64,000 nt of DNA from Amoebophrya sp. A120. Lineage: Eukaryota > Protista > Dinoflagellata. Where the stretch lies: NCBI GenBank assembly GCA_905178155.1, contig CAJINV010000004.1, positions 9,462,625 through 9,526,624 of the forward strand. The letters are read 5' to 3'. Shown in pieces: positions 27,201 through 39,526 of this stretch. Numbering within the stretch: the stretch's first letter is position 1; every line of letters starts with the position of its first letter. The notes under the pieces are model-generated. The model was not told where the DNA came from and did not search any database. It saw only the letters and a list, made by a program, of their open reading frames with translations. The translations under genes were made by a program, and so were the position numbers.

Positions 27201-30200
27201 CTACGTCCTCCCGGCGCCGGCACGCTAGTTCTGGACACGGTTCACGATGCTGCTGCGGTTATTGAGGAGAAAGTGAAGGTCTGGATGGAACAGGCCGAGG
27301 AAAGGCTGTTGCGAGTCGTGCAGCTCGTCACGGTAAAGGACCCGGGGCGTGAAGATCAAGATGCATCGGCACGAGCTGGTGCGGCTAGCGGGAGTGGGAG
27401 TGCCGCTGCTTCCAACAAACCCTTCATGTCGGCAGACAGTGTTTTGAACCTGGTTGGCGGTGGTGTTGGAATATTAAACCAGCAAGACGAAAGGACCTCA
27501 TCTGCCACCACTTCTCTCTTTGACAGTTTCCATGCGCAAATGGAGGCCAGGGATAGTGCCCGGCAGGAAGAAAAAGAAGATGAAAATAAAACAGAGGCGA
27601 TGAACATCAAAACCAACGCCAGGCTACTTCCAAGCAAAATGAATCTCGACGAAGCGAAAGTTTTGCAGCTCCTCGAGCACCACAAACAAGAGGAGAAAAA
27701 GCTGCTACAATTATTGGAGTCCCACGTGGCGTATCCTGTGCAAAAGTATCGTACTCGTATAAATGCAGGTCTTGTTGCATGACAGATCTGCTTTTTTAGC
27801 TTGTTCTGCATGACAAATTTCATTTTTCCTTTACAAAAAATTTGTCATGCGTTTTGTACTTCTAGTGCGATGCTTTTGCAATGCATATGGCGCCATTGAA
27901 AAAAGAGGCGAAGCGGGTGGTTTTAGTGGAGGGTCGGATGGTATATCACAAGAAAAAGGGTTAACGTTAACGGAATTTGTGATGCAGTGATGCATCAGAA
28001 AAGGTGCGCAAGTTTGTATTGCGTAGCATGCATGGAAGGCGAAACTTGTAATGCATGACTGCCATCTGTGAAAAAGAAAACCGTTAACGTTAACACTCTT
28101 TTGTTTGATATGGTAGATTTGGAAGACAGAATCGCTTATTTAGAGGCGGTGAACAGCGGGAGAGATGTTGACACCAGAGAGGATGTTGTTGTTGGGATGA
28201 AAACAGCTGCAGGAACCAGTTCTAAGAATTATCAGCCCGCGTCTGCAGAATTCGCAAATGACCCGCCCGGAGCTTCTTCTGCTACCACTGGAGATCATGA
28301 GGACAAAAGAAGTTCCTCTCGACTGCTTTCCAGCCTGCGAACCGAGATGGCCGAGTTAGAGGCGAGACTGTTGGAAGAGATCGGAAAAAAAGCTTCTCCC
28401 GCTGCTCTGGAGCAACTGGAGACTCGACTCGCCTTGGCAGGAGCAACAAGTGCAGCTGGCCAGAAAATTTCTTCAACAACCCGGGGTGGCGCTGGTGGTG
28501 CAGCCAGCAGTAGAACAGGGTCTGCCACGATAATTGATGACGAGGCTGCTGCCACTAGTTCTTCCGACACCATCAACAAGCAGTCACCGCAGCAGCTGAA
28601 AACCCTAGAAGAGAGGATCGTGAAGGCTCTGGAAGCTTTGCACAAAACGCTGCTGGAACGTGCGGACCGGGACCGCGAAAATTCGAAGAAGCAGCTGCAG
28701 GTGGTCAAATCGCAGATGGAGGAGGTACTAGACACGCAAGCAGTTTTAGGCCGAGGGGCGGCGAGTTTGCAGAAACAACTGCAGGCTTTTGAAGCAGTCG
28801 TTTACAACCGGTGGTCGCAAATTCCGGAAAAGATTTTGGATGGCGAAGTTGATGAAGCAGTAGAAAACAAGAACTACGACCGCGGCCCGATAAAGAACAG
28901 GGCCTCGGCCAGCGAGGACCCTTCTTCCGCTAGTACAACAACTGTCCAAGCGGCTCAGGCCAACGCGATTCAAACGCGAATGATAACGATGGAGAAGGTT
29001 TTGCAGGACAGCATGCGAGACGGACTTAGCAAATCGGAAACCCGCATCTGCAGTGAGGTTCTTCCGTCTCAAATCGACCAGATGCGAACACAATTGACAC
29101 AGCAGCTCGCGAGAGTTCTGAACGACGTGCTGACGGTGACTTTAGCCGCCGGGGCGGGAGGTGCAGCTGGTTCACAACAACATCAAGGAGCTAGTAGCAG
29201 TGGTGTGCCGCCACAGCAAGTGCAAGGGCATCAAGAGCCTTATGGACGAGGCGGACCTCTTGATGCCACAAGCGAGACGCCAACAGTTGCACCGCCGCTG
29301 TCAACTTCTCCCGCGCGTCGCCGGACAACAAAGAGGGCCACGGTTCACGTCGACCCGGCTGGCGAGTTAGTCGCGAGGTTTAGCTCAATCTATGACCCGG
29401 AGCCGTCCGCGCCGCCCTTTGAGTTCACGCACTTGATGGACGCGTTGCCGAATTCCCTGGCCCTACAGAGCTTGATTGAACAACGTGTCGCGACTTATTT
29501 CCAGCAATTGACGCCGCAGTTGATTTCTGACGAGGTGAAGAAAAGCGAGGGATTGGGTGAACTTGTGGATAAGAGGGTGCGGGATGTGTTGGTGGGAGAA
29601 AATTTGATCGCAGGAGCGCCACGCGGATCCACAACTGCTAGTAGTAATACGATGAGAATATTAGCCCCGGGAAAATTATCAGAAAGAGCGGGTAGTGGGA
29701 CCACGGTAGACATGGGCACTGCAAACTTCGGAAGTAGTGGAGTAGTTCCAGGTATCCCGGTCGCAATTCAGCAGAGCCCGCTGCAACATTCTACACGAAG
29801 ACCTACAGGACATCTTCAAGCCGACCCTGGTCTTTTGCCGGGTCCAGAGGAGGTACAACAACGCGATCAAGATGTCCTCGACCGCAACACCCTCTTGACA
29901 ACCTCCGCTTCACACGACCAGCTCCTCCAAGCGAAAATCGACGACAAGCTCGAAGAATTCGCCTCTGAGCGCATTCCAGCGATCATCACGGAGCATTTGC
30001 GCGTTTTGGCCCACGGCGTGGATAAACGATTGGATGAAATCCACTCCGCGATAGAAGGTATCGAGAAAGACCTTGAAACAAACAAGAAGGAGCTGTCGGC
30101 ACATTCCACGACCACCGCACTTATCGCGGAGAGCCACAAGGAGAAAAAAACGCTTGCCGATCACCACGGGAAGATCATGGAAAATCTGCACCAGAAGCAC

Positions 30201-31889
30201 GAGGTTCATAGCAACAAAGTTGGGGAACTAGGAAAGAGTTTGGAGAATTTGTTGGACAAAACAAGCGCTTTGGAAACCGGTAGAGGGCTGCTGAAGGCAG
30301 ATTTGGAGCAGTTAAGGCAGGAGTTTTTGGGGCTGCTGAAGGTGGTCGAGTGGTTGAAGAAGAACTACGCAAATAGTAATCAGGAAGCCAGGAGTGCAGC
30401 AAGCAGAGCTGCAAGTGGTCGAACCACAGGACATCAGGCTGCTGGTGCAGGGGCAATAATTCAAGACCAGATCCAGCGGAGGAATGAGGATGTTCAACTT
30501 CCACAGGAGAAAGCCGAACCGAAAACTCAACAAGAAAATGACGACGGACACAATCAAAATGGAAAAGACAGCGCAAGAAACGCCAGCAGCGATAGTTCCG
30601 CGCACAACGTAAACGCACCAAGGACGAGCTCCATCGGCCAGAAGAAGGAGAATTCGAAGGAGAGCAATCCGAGGACCGGACCAAAGGAGCAGCTCGACAC
30701 GCCAGTGAACTCTCGGACAACCACCGCGATCAAGGATGTGAATCTTGAGAACAAAACTACAGCAACAGCAGGGAACAATAAACATGGTACTTCTTCGAGC
30801 GGGGAGAAAAAAACAAACCTTGATGAGAAAATCCGTTTCACCGAGCAACTTTTGGACCAATCTGTGCAGTCTGGGAACAACGAACTTCTCCTAGACAAGA
30901 CCGGCGTCGCAGGAGACACAGTGCCAGCAGGCCGAGGATCTGCTGCGGAGACAGTGCGATTGAGTTTGGAAGACGACATAGCAGGAGCGACTTCATCCCA
31001 GATTCAACACAGTCACAGTTCTTCGGGAAGTACTAGAGCGTCACAACCTGCAAGAACTACAGAGCCGAACCTCCAACCAAATCCAAACCGAGCATCCGAC
31101 AAGAACTTCCGCCAGCGCCACTTCTGGGAAGTGTTAACCCCGGATTCATCACTGCACGAAAACGCGATCAGCTGGGCAAAGGAGCAGTTCCCTGTCGGGT
31201 CGCACCACTTCATCGCCTCTTCTAGCATCGACAAAACTTTGCAACCACTGTTGAAACGAACCACCGCCGTCGGGACGGAAATGCTGGTCGAGCGGGATAG
31301 GAACAATATTCACGACGGGAACAGACAGAGGGTGTTGGCCGCCATGTTGCGAGATGTTGACGCGAATAATCTTGAAGTGGACCACCCGCAGATGAAAAAT
31401 TCCGCTGAAGCTCCTCCTGCAGAAGTGGAACCAGCAGCCAGGCGGGAGTCCGACTTTTACTTCTACCCAGAACTGCCGTCAAGTGATGTGAACCAGAACG
31501 GATCAGAACAACATGATTCGAGCCGTGAGAAGATGAACTTCTATCCGCCCCGGCGCCATCCTTTGTCGCAGACCACAACGACCGATGCAGCGCTCGCCCG
31601 GGCCGCGGCGATTCTGGATGCCACGGCACCTCAGTGCAGTGTGGACGAGGTCGTGGATAGGGGCACGTCCGAAAGTACTAAAGTAGACCGCGTCGGAACC
31701 TACTACCGGGTGAAGGATTTGGAGCGGAGCCCAAGGAATTTGAACTCTGATTCCGTTTTTATTAATACACCGAGTGTTGCAAAAATCCAGGAATCCATGG
31801 TGCCTGGCGGGCGGGAAAAAACAGTAGCACGACACGACCGTTCGCGGTCGAAAAGCAAGCGAAAGCGGTTTTTTTCGGAAGAGGGATAA
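12227..31889 (+). CDS. Giant coiled-coil/low-complexity protein (~5,200 aa estimated) split by 15 introners and at least 2 conventional introns
   Basis: ORFs 12203, 14082, 15183, 16068, 17790, 18251, 19619, 25250, 26448 and 28068 chain in frame on introner removal; GT-AG intron 13436-13658; the ~14.76-15.27 kb junction is unresolved. Heptad-rich E/K/Q/L segments and SPRG repeats. Confidence 0.75.
12980..13127. mobile_element. Family E introner (148 bp)
   Basis: TIR ..gca.aagtatcgtactcgta; TSD agaac; starts TAC. Confidence 0.88.
13189..13338. mobile_element. Family E introner (150 bp)
   Basis: TSD gaaag/gaatg; ends ATG; frame restored. Confidence 0.82.
13806..14062. mobile_element. Family A introner (257 bp)
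   Basis: Perfect TSD gcaag; frame restored. Confidence 0.9.
15570..15834. mobile_element. Family A introner (265 bp)
   Basis: TSD aagta; right end mutated to AAA. Confidence 0.88.
15892..16048. mobile_element. Family E introner (157 bp)
   Basis: Perfect TSD cgaaa. Confidence 0.88.
16799..16954. mobile_element. Family E introner (156 bp)
   Basis: Perfect TSD gagga. Confidence 0.9.
16995..17318. mobile_element. Family C introner (324 bp), inverted relative to 11170
   Basis: Perfect TSD aggag; interior is the reverse complement of the 11170 copy. Confidence 0.9.
17402..17725. mobile_element. Family C introner (324 bp)
   Basis: TSD accac/accaa; frame restored. Confidence 0.88.
18190..18336. 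mobile_element. Family E introner (147 bp)
   Basis: Perfect TSD tcgga. Confidence 0.9.
19454..19610. mobile_element. Family E introner (157 bp)
   Basis: Perfect TSD aggcg. Confidence 0.9.
24766..25018. mobile_element. Family A introner (253 bp), stop-free in the host frame
   Basis: Perfect TSD ccgca; ORF 19619 reads straight through it. Confidence 0.9.
25075..25309. mobile_element. Family B introner (235 bp), inverted relative to 26183
   Basis: TIR tatggcgttctcaa / ttgagaacgccata; TSD aaggt. Confidence 0.92.
26183..26421. mobile_element. Family B introner (239 bp)
   Basis: Perfect TSD cgatc. Confidence 0.9.
27732..27887. mobile_element. Family E introner (156 bp)
   Basis: Perfect TSD tggcg. 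Confidence 0.9.
27944..28110. mobile_element. Family F introner (167 bp)
   Basis: TIR tatca..gttaacgttaacgg; perfect TSD tggta. Confidence 0.9.
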
Positions 31890-32927
31890 GGACCTGCCGT
31901 CGACGTGGATTTTTAGTCCCTCAAAAGATATGTTTGTTTTTTCAACGATACGAGTCTTTGTAGAATCTTTCACACCAGCAACGAAATGGTAATGGAAATC
32001 CAATGGAGTAGATTGTAGAATCTTTCACACGGTGAAATCAGAGCGTTCTTCTTGAGTTTAGAACTTCTTTAAACCTTTATCATAAAGAAGCAGGTCACAC
32101 CCTTCTATCACTTGTAAAATGATCAACTCATCATCGAGAGGATATCGCAACAGTCACTGCAGATGCTTTAATCAGTCCTCGATTTGCAGCGGTTTCGCAG
32201 CCAACTGTCGTTGTGAAGATGGCAAGACAAATTCCAAGAAAGTGAACGGGCGCAATCATCTGAAAAAGAAAATGAGAATATCAAAACAAAAAATCTGACG
32301 AGCACACAAAATTTTACAACTATGTGTTGCCTGGGCTTGCAGTATTTGATTGCTTCTTTGACTTTGACCCTGTACCTACTTAGCTCATCGAACGCCCTTT
32401 GGTTGTTTTAGAAATACGTCGTGCAGGCGAAACCAGCTGCGATCTTGATCTCTTGAAATTCCCTGTTTGTTGAAGCATATTAAAGGCACGCCTGACCGGA
32501 AGATTTTTGCTTTCTGCAATATAAAGATCGTGCTTTTTTCAGCCGGAAATTTTGGCTTGTATCAAAAAATAGACGCTCAAGAGATCTGGAAAAACCGGAT
32601 CTGCCGTTGGTAGTTTTTGATACAAAGTCCTCACCTCCAACTCCATGTACCAAAATGGCTCTTTCACTTCCTGTTCACTTATTTTGCATCGAACAAAAAA
32701 TAGTCCTGTTGCAGGAACGGCCGCATCGATCTACACTAAAGCATAAGGAGCAATACCGTATTTGAAATAATCTCAAGCTTCATTTATTTGACGACATAGA
32801 GTTAGACGTAGCAAATTTCTCTGAATCACTCCCTTGATATTATAACGCATCCTTCGAAGAAGCTACTAGAGTGTCTTCTTCTTCTTCTGGCTCTTACACA
32901 ACTTGTTATTCAAAGCACACCCCAAAA

Positions 32928-35783
32928 ATGGGCCGCAGTCGCAGCAGAGACCGTGGTCGCGACCGAGATCGCGACAGGGAGCGGCGCGGTAGAAAAGAGG
33001 AGGAGGACAAGCCGAAAGAAAAGAAGAAGCGGTCGCGCAGCGAAAGTAGTGCGGAACGAAGTAGGGAACGGGAAAAACGACGAAGAAGGCAGCAGAGGGA
33101 ATTTATGCAGAAACACGGCGGGGGAAAGGGCCGAGGGAAAAATGAGGATAGAGGAGGCAGCGGCGGTGGCGGTGGGGGCGGTACCGGTGGTGCTGATTTT
33201 GCTTGATGTTATTTACAACTTATTTTGCATGTGATGCTGAATGAGCCTGACCCTGATCGATCCTGATGCAGATCAGATGCTCACCTCCATGTTCTACATG
33301 AGACGCACGAGCGCGTCGTGTATAATTTACCGCCCTCACGTACTAGAGGGTTTTTCTATTTTTTTCTACCTCTACTTGGTGAAGCTAAAGTCAACACAAA
33401 TTAATAACAACAGCCGGCGCCGGCAGTCAGCAGTCTCGACAAGGCATGTTTTTATCCAAGAAAAAAACATGGTAGTTGTAACTTTTTTGGAGGAACAGCA
33501 TTACAAATTTGTCTGGCATGACAGCAAAAACCTGTCATGCGCAGATAGTACGTGAAAACGCCCTTTAATGGACCCTACGACGCATGCCAAGCATGACAGA
33601 CGCAATCATCTTGCATGTTGCGCATCACAAATTTACATCAACAGCGTTTTTTTCTTGGATAATTTTGGGACGGTTTTCAGTGGATCCCCTCGGATATCAA
33701 ATGCAAAAATGTCTGGGTCTGGAAGGATTCGAATTTGTGATGCGAAGTCTACTAAATCATGATAAAATCTGTCATGCATGGCTAGCAAAAAGCCCCATTT
33801 CTTGTTTCCGAGACAGAAGGTTTGTCATGCGGATTAGGCATTGGGATAAGTGCTCAAAATCTGTGATCCTAGAGCTTGCATGCCAGACGATCTGGGTCAG
33901 GCAAAAACTGCATGACAGATCTCGCATTCTTCCAGACCCAGACATACTTGCAATCCATATCGGAGCAGAGCGTGAATTCCGCCGCAGTAGCGGCACAGAT
34001 GAAGTTAAAAAGGTTGTACATCGGCAACGTCCCGCCAGGCGTCAGCGAGGACATGTTTAAACAGCAGTTGATTGACAAATTGCGGGAAACCGAAATCATA
34101 ACCGCGGACCGGGACAGCTCCAGCTTGGAATTGCTTATCTGGTATAGATTTAGTACTGATTTTTGCTTATTTACAACTTTTAGCGAGTTGTGTTCATCTT
34201 TTGTGATGCGAACGCGAGAAAGGAAAAGCACGATTTGATAAAGATTTATTTGTTGTGCATGAAAATGAGCTCGACTCCTCCACGAAAAAATTATCAGGAT
34301 GCACCCGGATCAAGGCTACGGTTTTGTTCAATTGGAAAACGTCGAGATGGCCGAGAAAGTTTTGGTTCGACTCGATGGTATGCTGGTGAACGGCTTTCCG
34401 GTACAATTCAAGCGACCGAACGACGCTGCCGTGGCGGCGAAAAACATTCCGGGGGTCAATACAGGTACATTGTTACTTCTTTTTACCCTTAATACAAACG
34501 GGCAAATTTCATATCTTCATTTTCTATGTAATTTGAATTTGTTCATGTGCTTCGCGGCCCATGTTGAAGATTATAATCTTTCCGGACCTGCCTAAAAAAA
34601 CTATCCCAGGTCCGCTCGCCATCGCCGCGCCGCCCGTCTGCACGTCGCGCGTGCTGCAGATTTCGGAAGCCTTGCGCTACGACCCATTCAAAACTGAGCA
34701 GGACGAATATTGCAAGGAAAAATCCCCCCTCCCCATATCAAAACGAAATTTCTGATGCTGAATCTGGGTAAACAAATCAGCTCTGTATTGCAGAAAGGCA
34801 CCGCAGCCAGATCCCCAGGCTAGGTAGAGGGGCGTATGGGTCTAGTTGCTCAGCATGGCAAACAGGTCACATTTAGGGCCAACAGCATGACAAATCGCTT
34901 CCATAGTGGGGCAGAAGCTTCTGCCCTTGTCTTCTTGCAATACAAACGTGATTTGCGACCTCAAATCAGCAACGCAAATTTTCGGAAACATACCTTTTCG
35001 ATATGGGGAGGGGGGATTTTTCACTTTGATAACGAATTCGAGGAGTGCCTGGAGGACATGGTGGAGGGCTGCATATGGATTGCAAATATGTCTGGATCTG
35101 GAAGAGAAGTGGAACTTGTAATGCTGTCTGCGGATTCTAGAAATATCTGTGTTGCATGAGGAGCAAGAGGAGTCAGTTTTTGGCACGCGGAGAGGGCATT
35201 TCTCATGCGTGATTAGCATTAACAACCTCTCAACAAATCTGTCATGCTAGCACCAGCATCACAGACCTCACGGGTCATGCAAGATGTGCATGACAAGCCC
35301 CGACCCTTCCAGACCCAGACACTTTTTACAGTTGATACTGTAGCATGCACGGCAAAATGAACGCGGCGAACAACAAGATCATCCGTCCGAGTCACATGGC
35401 CGAACTGGTCAAACACGGCCTCGGGGACAGCGTCGCGGTACTATTTTGAAACAAAAATTAACCGCATTGTTATTTTTCGCACGAAGAAAAAATTGGTTGA
35501 TTTGATTGATAGATGTTGAGACGGGTTCTGCGATGCTAGTAAGGCGAACGTCAGGGACGATCATGTTTCTATGCACATGTCACAACAGTTACAGTTGTGC
35601 GAACGGAAACGATCAAAATGATATCAGGTGGGTCACGTTTTCCTCGAGTTCGTGTCCATGGGCGACGCCGCTGGGACCATGACGAAGATGCAGAACCGCA
35701 AGTACGATGGCCGCTTCTTGAAGTATCAGTCCTTCCCCGAGGACAAGTTTTACAGCGCCATCGTACCGCTTCCGGCCGCGTGA
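32928..35783 (+). CDS. U2AF large-subunit (U2AF65)-like splicing factor, ~349 aa; exons 32928-33180, 33414-33452, 33667-33694, 33965-34141, 34298-34464, 34610-34707, 35037-35073, 35343-35437, 35628-35783
   Basis: RS/RD-rich N-terminus; Trp motif MFWDGFQW; RRM1 KRLYIGNVPPGVSE..GYGFVQL..LDGMLVNGFPVQFKRPND; UHM SRVLQI..EFEECLEDMVEGC..IIRP..VGHVFLEF..RKYDGR. Exon sum is 1050 nt. Confidence 0.85.
33453..33661. mobile_element. Family G introner (209 bp)
   Basis: TIR tatccaagaaaaaaac; TSD gtttt/atttt. Confidence 0.9.
33695..33959. mobile_element. Family A introner (265 bp)
   Basis: Perfect TSD tcgga. Confidence 0.92.
34708..35031. mobile_element. Family C introner (324 bp)
   Basis: Perfect TSD acgaa. 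Confidence 0.92.
35074..35337. mobile_element. Family A introner (264 bp)
   Basis: TSD ctgca/ctgta. Confidence 0.9.
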
Positions 35784-36249
35784 AGTAGAGTGGTGCAGCC
35801 TGGAACTGCGGCTGAGGACCCACCTCCGGATGATTTGTTGATGCTGGAAAGGGTTTGCTCGCGGTCGCAATCAAAGCGAAAAAATTTGAAGTCTTGACAT
35901 TATCTCACCTACGACACCATCTCATGATCTTGAAAATGATTTTCTATTTTTGTCCCAAGAGTCGTGGCAGCTGAGCAGGAAAGCGCCATCCTCGCTGAAT
36001 GTAGATACAGATTTCAAACAAGAACATTGTCGAACGGAAGAAGGAACGAACGCGTGTCAGAGAAATGATTTCATGATGGAAGCCGCGACTGTTTTCTCGC
36101 AGAGGGCCTGCGTAGCCTGGTTGCGCTTTTGTGTTCTACAAACAAAAGTATGAGGAATCGATATTAAAACAAGGCAATGTGGCCTCCAGGAGGCTTCTTT
36201 GTCTGTTGACGAGATGCGATCCGTAGACCCTAAAGCCTAGCACGAGGAT

Positions 36250-37800
36250 CAGAATCATGAAGATCCTCCGAGCCCTAGCGCTGCCACGCTCGCCCGGAAA
36301 AAAACGCGGGCGGAGTTGCGCCACGTGGCCGGCTGTGCGTCGAAGAAAGTCGAGCAAGGGAGAGGGTGCGCCGCGATTGCGAAAACCTGGTCCGCCTCGG
36401 CGCGCCCCCCTTGATTTTCAGAGTGGCGCGGCGCCGGGTCTGCCTTTTTGACTGTGTGGGCCCCTTGTTCGATAGTCGGCCCGTATTCAGAACTCCAGAG
36501 AGGCGGCGGCGGCTTGAGCGCAAAGCAAGCAAGGCAAGTCGCCGAAGGGTGGAATGGGGAAGGCGTGCGGCGCTCGACGGCGATCGTGGCCGAGCCAGTT
36601 GGCCGCAGGCAGGCGATTGGCGGCGGGCCGGCAGAGCGGGGGGGCCGGCGCACCCGACGGCCGCCCGCAGGCCGGTTTGACTGTGGCCTCTGGCCGAGCC
36701 CAGACCGATAGACGGGGAAGGCGCCGGCCCCCTGCATTTCCATTCCCCGCCTGGCCCGAGGGGCGGTGTGGGGTATGTGTGAAGCCGGAGGCCCGTGCCC
36801 CGTTCGCTGGTGACGAGCGCGTGGCGACGCGCGGCGGTCTGATTATATCGCGGGGCCGGCCTGGCGCGGGAACGCATCCATTGGCGCCCCCAAGGTCCCG
36901 GACGGTGCTCGGAGGGCCGGGGCCCCGGCCGTTTCTTTCGATTGCCATTAATTTTTAGCCGCGGGCCCCGGGGTGTTTGTTGCGGCCCACCGCGCGAGCA
37001 ACTTGGCCCGCCGGAGCGAGCGCGAACAACTTCGGCGGGCGGGTCCCGCCTCTCCCGCGCAAGCCCCCGCCCGGCGGGGGCCACCCAAGTCCGGCGGTGG
37101 CGGACGGACCGAGGGCGGAGGCTCCGCCCTCGGTTGCGGCCCCCGGGGGCCGCCGCGTTTTTGCAGGCCGCGCCGCCGTGCGCCGCTAGGGCCGGCCCTG
37201 CTATCGAAGCGGCGCGCCTCCGGGTCGCGTGCAAGCTAGCACAAGCACCGGGCGCCCAACTGGCTGACTAAGCGAAGGGCGGAGAAAGATGGTGGAAGGC
37301 GATGAAGGTGGCGCGGTGGGCGTAGGTTGTGGCGCGCGCGCGCGCGGGCGGCCCGGCCCCCCTTCCGTCGGCCCGCCCCCCGTCCCCGGGCGGCGTGTTG
37401 TATTGTTGGCCTTTGGCGCGGGCGGGGCGGGGGCCGGGCGGTCAGGCAAAGCACGTGGACGCCGGCGCTGGTGTTTCCCTCTGGAGGCTCGTGCCGAGAG
37501 AAGCAGGCGCCGCCCGGCGGGCCGGCCGGGCCGTTAGCCAGCCCGAGCCAGTGGGGCCCCTGGCTACCTCATTGATGATGGTGCGTGGGGCGTAGTCGCC
37601 CTTACTTGCCAATGATTCCCCGGGGGGGTCAGTGGGTTCAGGTGTTTAGAGGCGTGGGCCGCCCTTGTTTGTGTAAGTGGCCGGCCCGCCGCCTGGCACG
37701 GAAGCTTGCTTAGCTGGCGAGGCAAGCTGTTGCGCCCCTTTTTCCGCAGACTCTTTGGGTTTGGAGCGACGCCGCCGGGGGTTGGATTTCATTTTTTTAT
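36250..37800. repeat. Very GC-rich intergenic tract, probably repeat-derived
   Basis: Abrupt compositional shift; spurious ORFs in all frames; boundaries approximate. Confidence 0.45.
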
Positions 37801-38326
37801 TATTTTTGAAACTATTGGGAGGCGTTCCTTCGCGTTATGAATGTGTGGTCGCGCGATTTCGGCGTAGCAGGATCCTGAGTTGCCGCCGGGTTCGTTGCAA
37901 CTCTTTCTGTTGCCTGTGCTTTGTTCGATCGTGGTCTTGCAAATGGGCGACAGTGGTTGTCCGATCGTGTTATGTGTAGAAAAGTGTAAGTGATCCAGGT
38001 CAATCTGTTATTTCCCGCGCCGGTGGAGCAGGTTGTTTAATGATACATAGATCCGTGCCTGTCGCACAGTTCCTTCACCCGTGCGGACCTGGTGGCTATC
38101 GTACTAACATAAGAAAGGGTCAACGTGCCTCCAGGAGTCCACGCGCCATGGTTTTGATTATCGTTTATTTTTGCCTGCATGTGTGCCCCTACCCCTAGTA
38201 GTAAGTGCAACTAGAAGTAGTAGTGCCTGTTCCGGCTGCCATTCTCCATCGTATTCAAAGAGGATCATACTCTTCTAGATACACCCCCGCGCCCGACCAA
38301 CTTTTTCCACGTAAAAAAGAACCACC

Positions 38327-39526
38327 ATGCGCATCATCATCCAGTACGCCAAGCGGAAGCTGGAGCCCTTGGTCGATCCGGAGACCGCGACAATCCTTAC
38401 CCTGAAAGAGTTCGTGGCGGCGAACGAGGGCCCGGCCGTTGCCGACCAGAAAATGATCGCCAAGGGCAAGGAGCGCTCGGACGACACGCTGCTCCGGGAA
38501 ATCCCACTTACCGATGGAGGGAAAGTGATGGTCAAGGCTACTTTGAGACCAGCGGTCGCCGCGATGATAATGAAGCAAGGCGCGCGAGCGGCCCGGGAGG
38601 AGGAGGTGGACGAGGAATTTGGACAGCCGGACGCGAAGCGGGCGTCAAAGAGCCCGGGAGGTGGCCCTTGCCGGGAAGAAGACAATGGGGACATCACCGC
38701 TCCGCGGGACACCGACACGGTCTTATTGGTTAATAACGCAGGTGAAGATCGGAATGCTGCTGAGAACAATGTTCTGCAGCAGGAAATAGATGCGCAGCTT
38801 GCACCAGGAGCACCAGCCGCTCCGGCAGTAGATCAAGAAAGCCACGATCTCCGTCCCCAGCTCGAAACGCTGCTCACAGTCAAGATCAAACAGGGCCGGA
38901 ATACGCACACCATCACCGTGAAGGGGCCTGCTGCACCACCACCAGCAGGAGGACTATCACCTTCAAACCCGCCACCCAAAGTCTCTACTTCACGACCTGT
39001 GGTTATTTCCTGGCAGCAGCTCGCGGACCACCTTCACGCCTACTGCATCCCGGACATAGCCGCCGAGAGCTACCGGTTTGTCGCAAAGGGGAAGGAAATC
39101 CAGGCCGGCTACTGCGAAGACACAGACAAGGCCTGGGGGATGGAAAGCAACGTGTTTGACTTCTACGCCCGCATGACCCAACATCACAAGCAGGGTTCGG
39201 CGGTGGTCCCGTTGCAGGTGATGCTTTTGTTCAAAGAAGGACACTATATCGCGAAGGACAACCAAAAGTGGGTGGAAGAAAGGATTGCGGAGTTGGACAA
39301 GCTGGCGGACAGGATAGTTATTTTGGAAAAACGCGTGTCCCATCGGATGACGAGCGAAGACACTTTTCTCGAGATTTACCGGGCGGAGGCTTTGGTAGTG
39401 GCCATCAAGTCCGCGGCGGCGGCGGTGGGCGTTAAGAAAGAGCTGCTTGCGAAGAAGAAGGACTTTCAGGAGCAAGTGGACATCTTGGACGAAAAATTGA
39501 AGAAGTTGAGGAAAAATTTGCCTTGA
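38327..39526 (+). CDS. Ubiquitin-like domain protein (two Ubl-like units plus a helical C-terminus; possibly a BAG-type co-chaperone)
   Basis: MRIIIQY..TILTLKEFV..EG..DQKMIAKGKERSDDTLLREIPLTDGGKVMV follows the ubiquitin fold pattern; second unit LTVKIKQG..YRFVAKGKE..VMLL. The BAG call is inference. Confidence 0.7.
   Translation: MRIIIQYAKRKLEPLVDPETATILTLKEFVAANEGPAVADQKMIAKGKERSDDTLLREIPLTDGGKVMVKATLRPAVAAMIMKQGARAAREEEVDEEFGQPDAKRASKSPGGGPCREEDNGDITAPRDTDTVLLVNNAGEDRNAAENNVLQQEIDAQLAPGAPAAPAVDQESHDLRPQLETLLTVKIKQGRNTHTITVKGPAAPPPAGGLSPSNPPPKVSTSRPVVISWQQLADHLHAYCIPDIAAESYRFVAKGKEIQAGYCEDTDKAWGMESNVFDFYARMTQHHKQGSAVVPLQVMLLFKEGHYIAKDNQKWVEERIAELDKLADRIVILEKRVSHRMTSEDTFLEIYRAEALVVAIKSAAAAVGVKKELLAKKKDFQEQVDILDEKLKKLRKNLP

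Noticed and set aside
19876-31629. Minus-strand ORFs of 100-340 aa
   Set aside because: Antisense shadows of the + strand low-complexity coding sequence.
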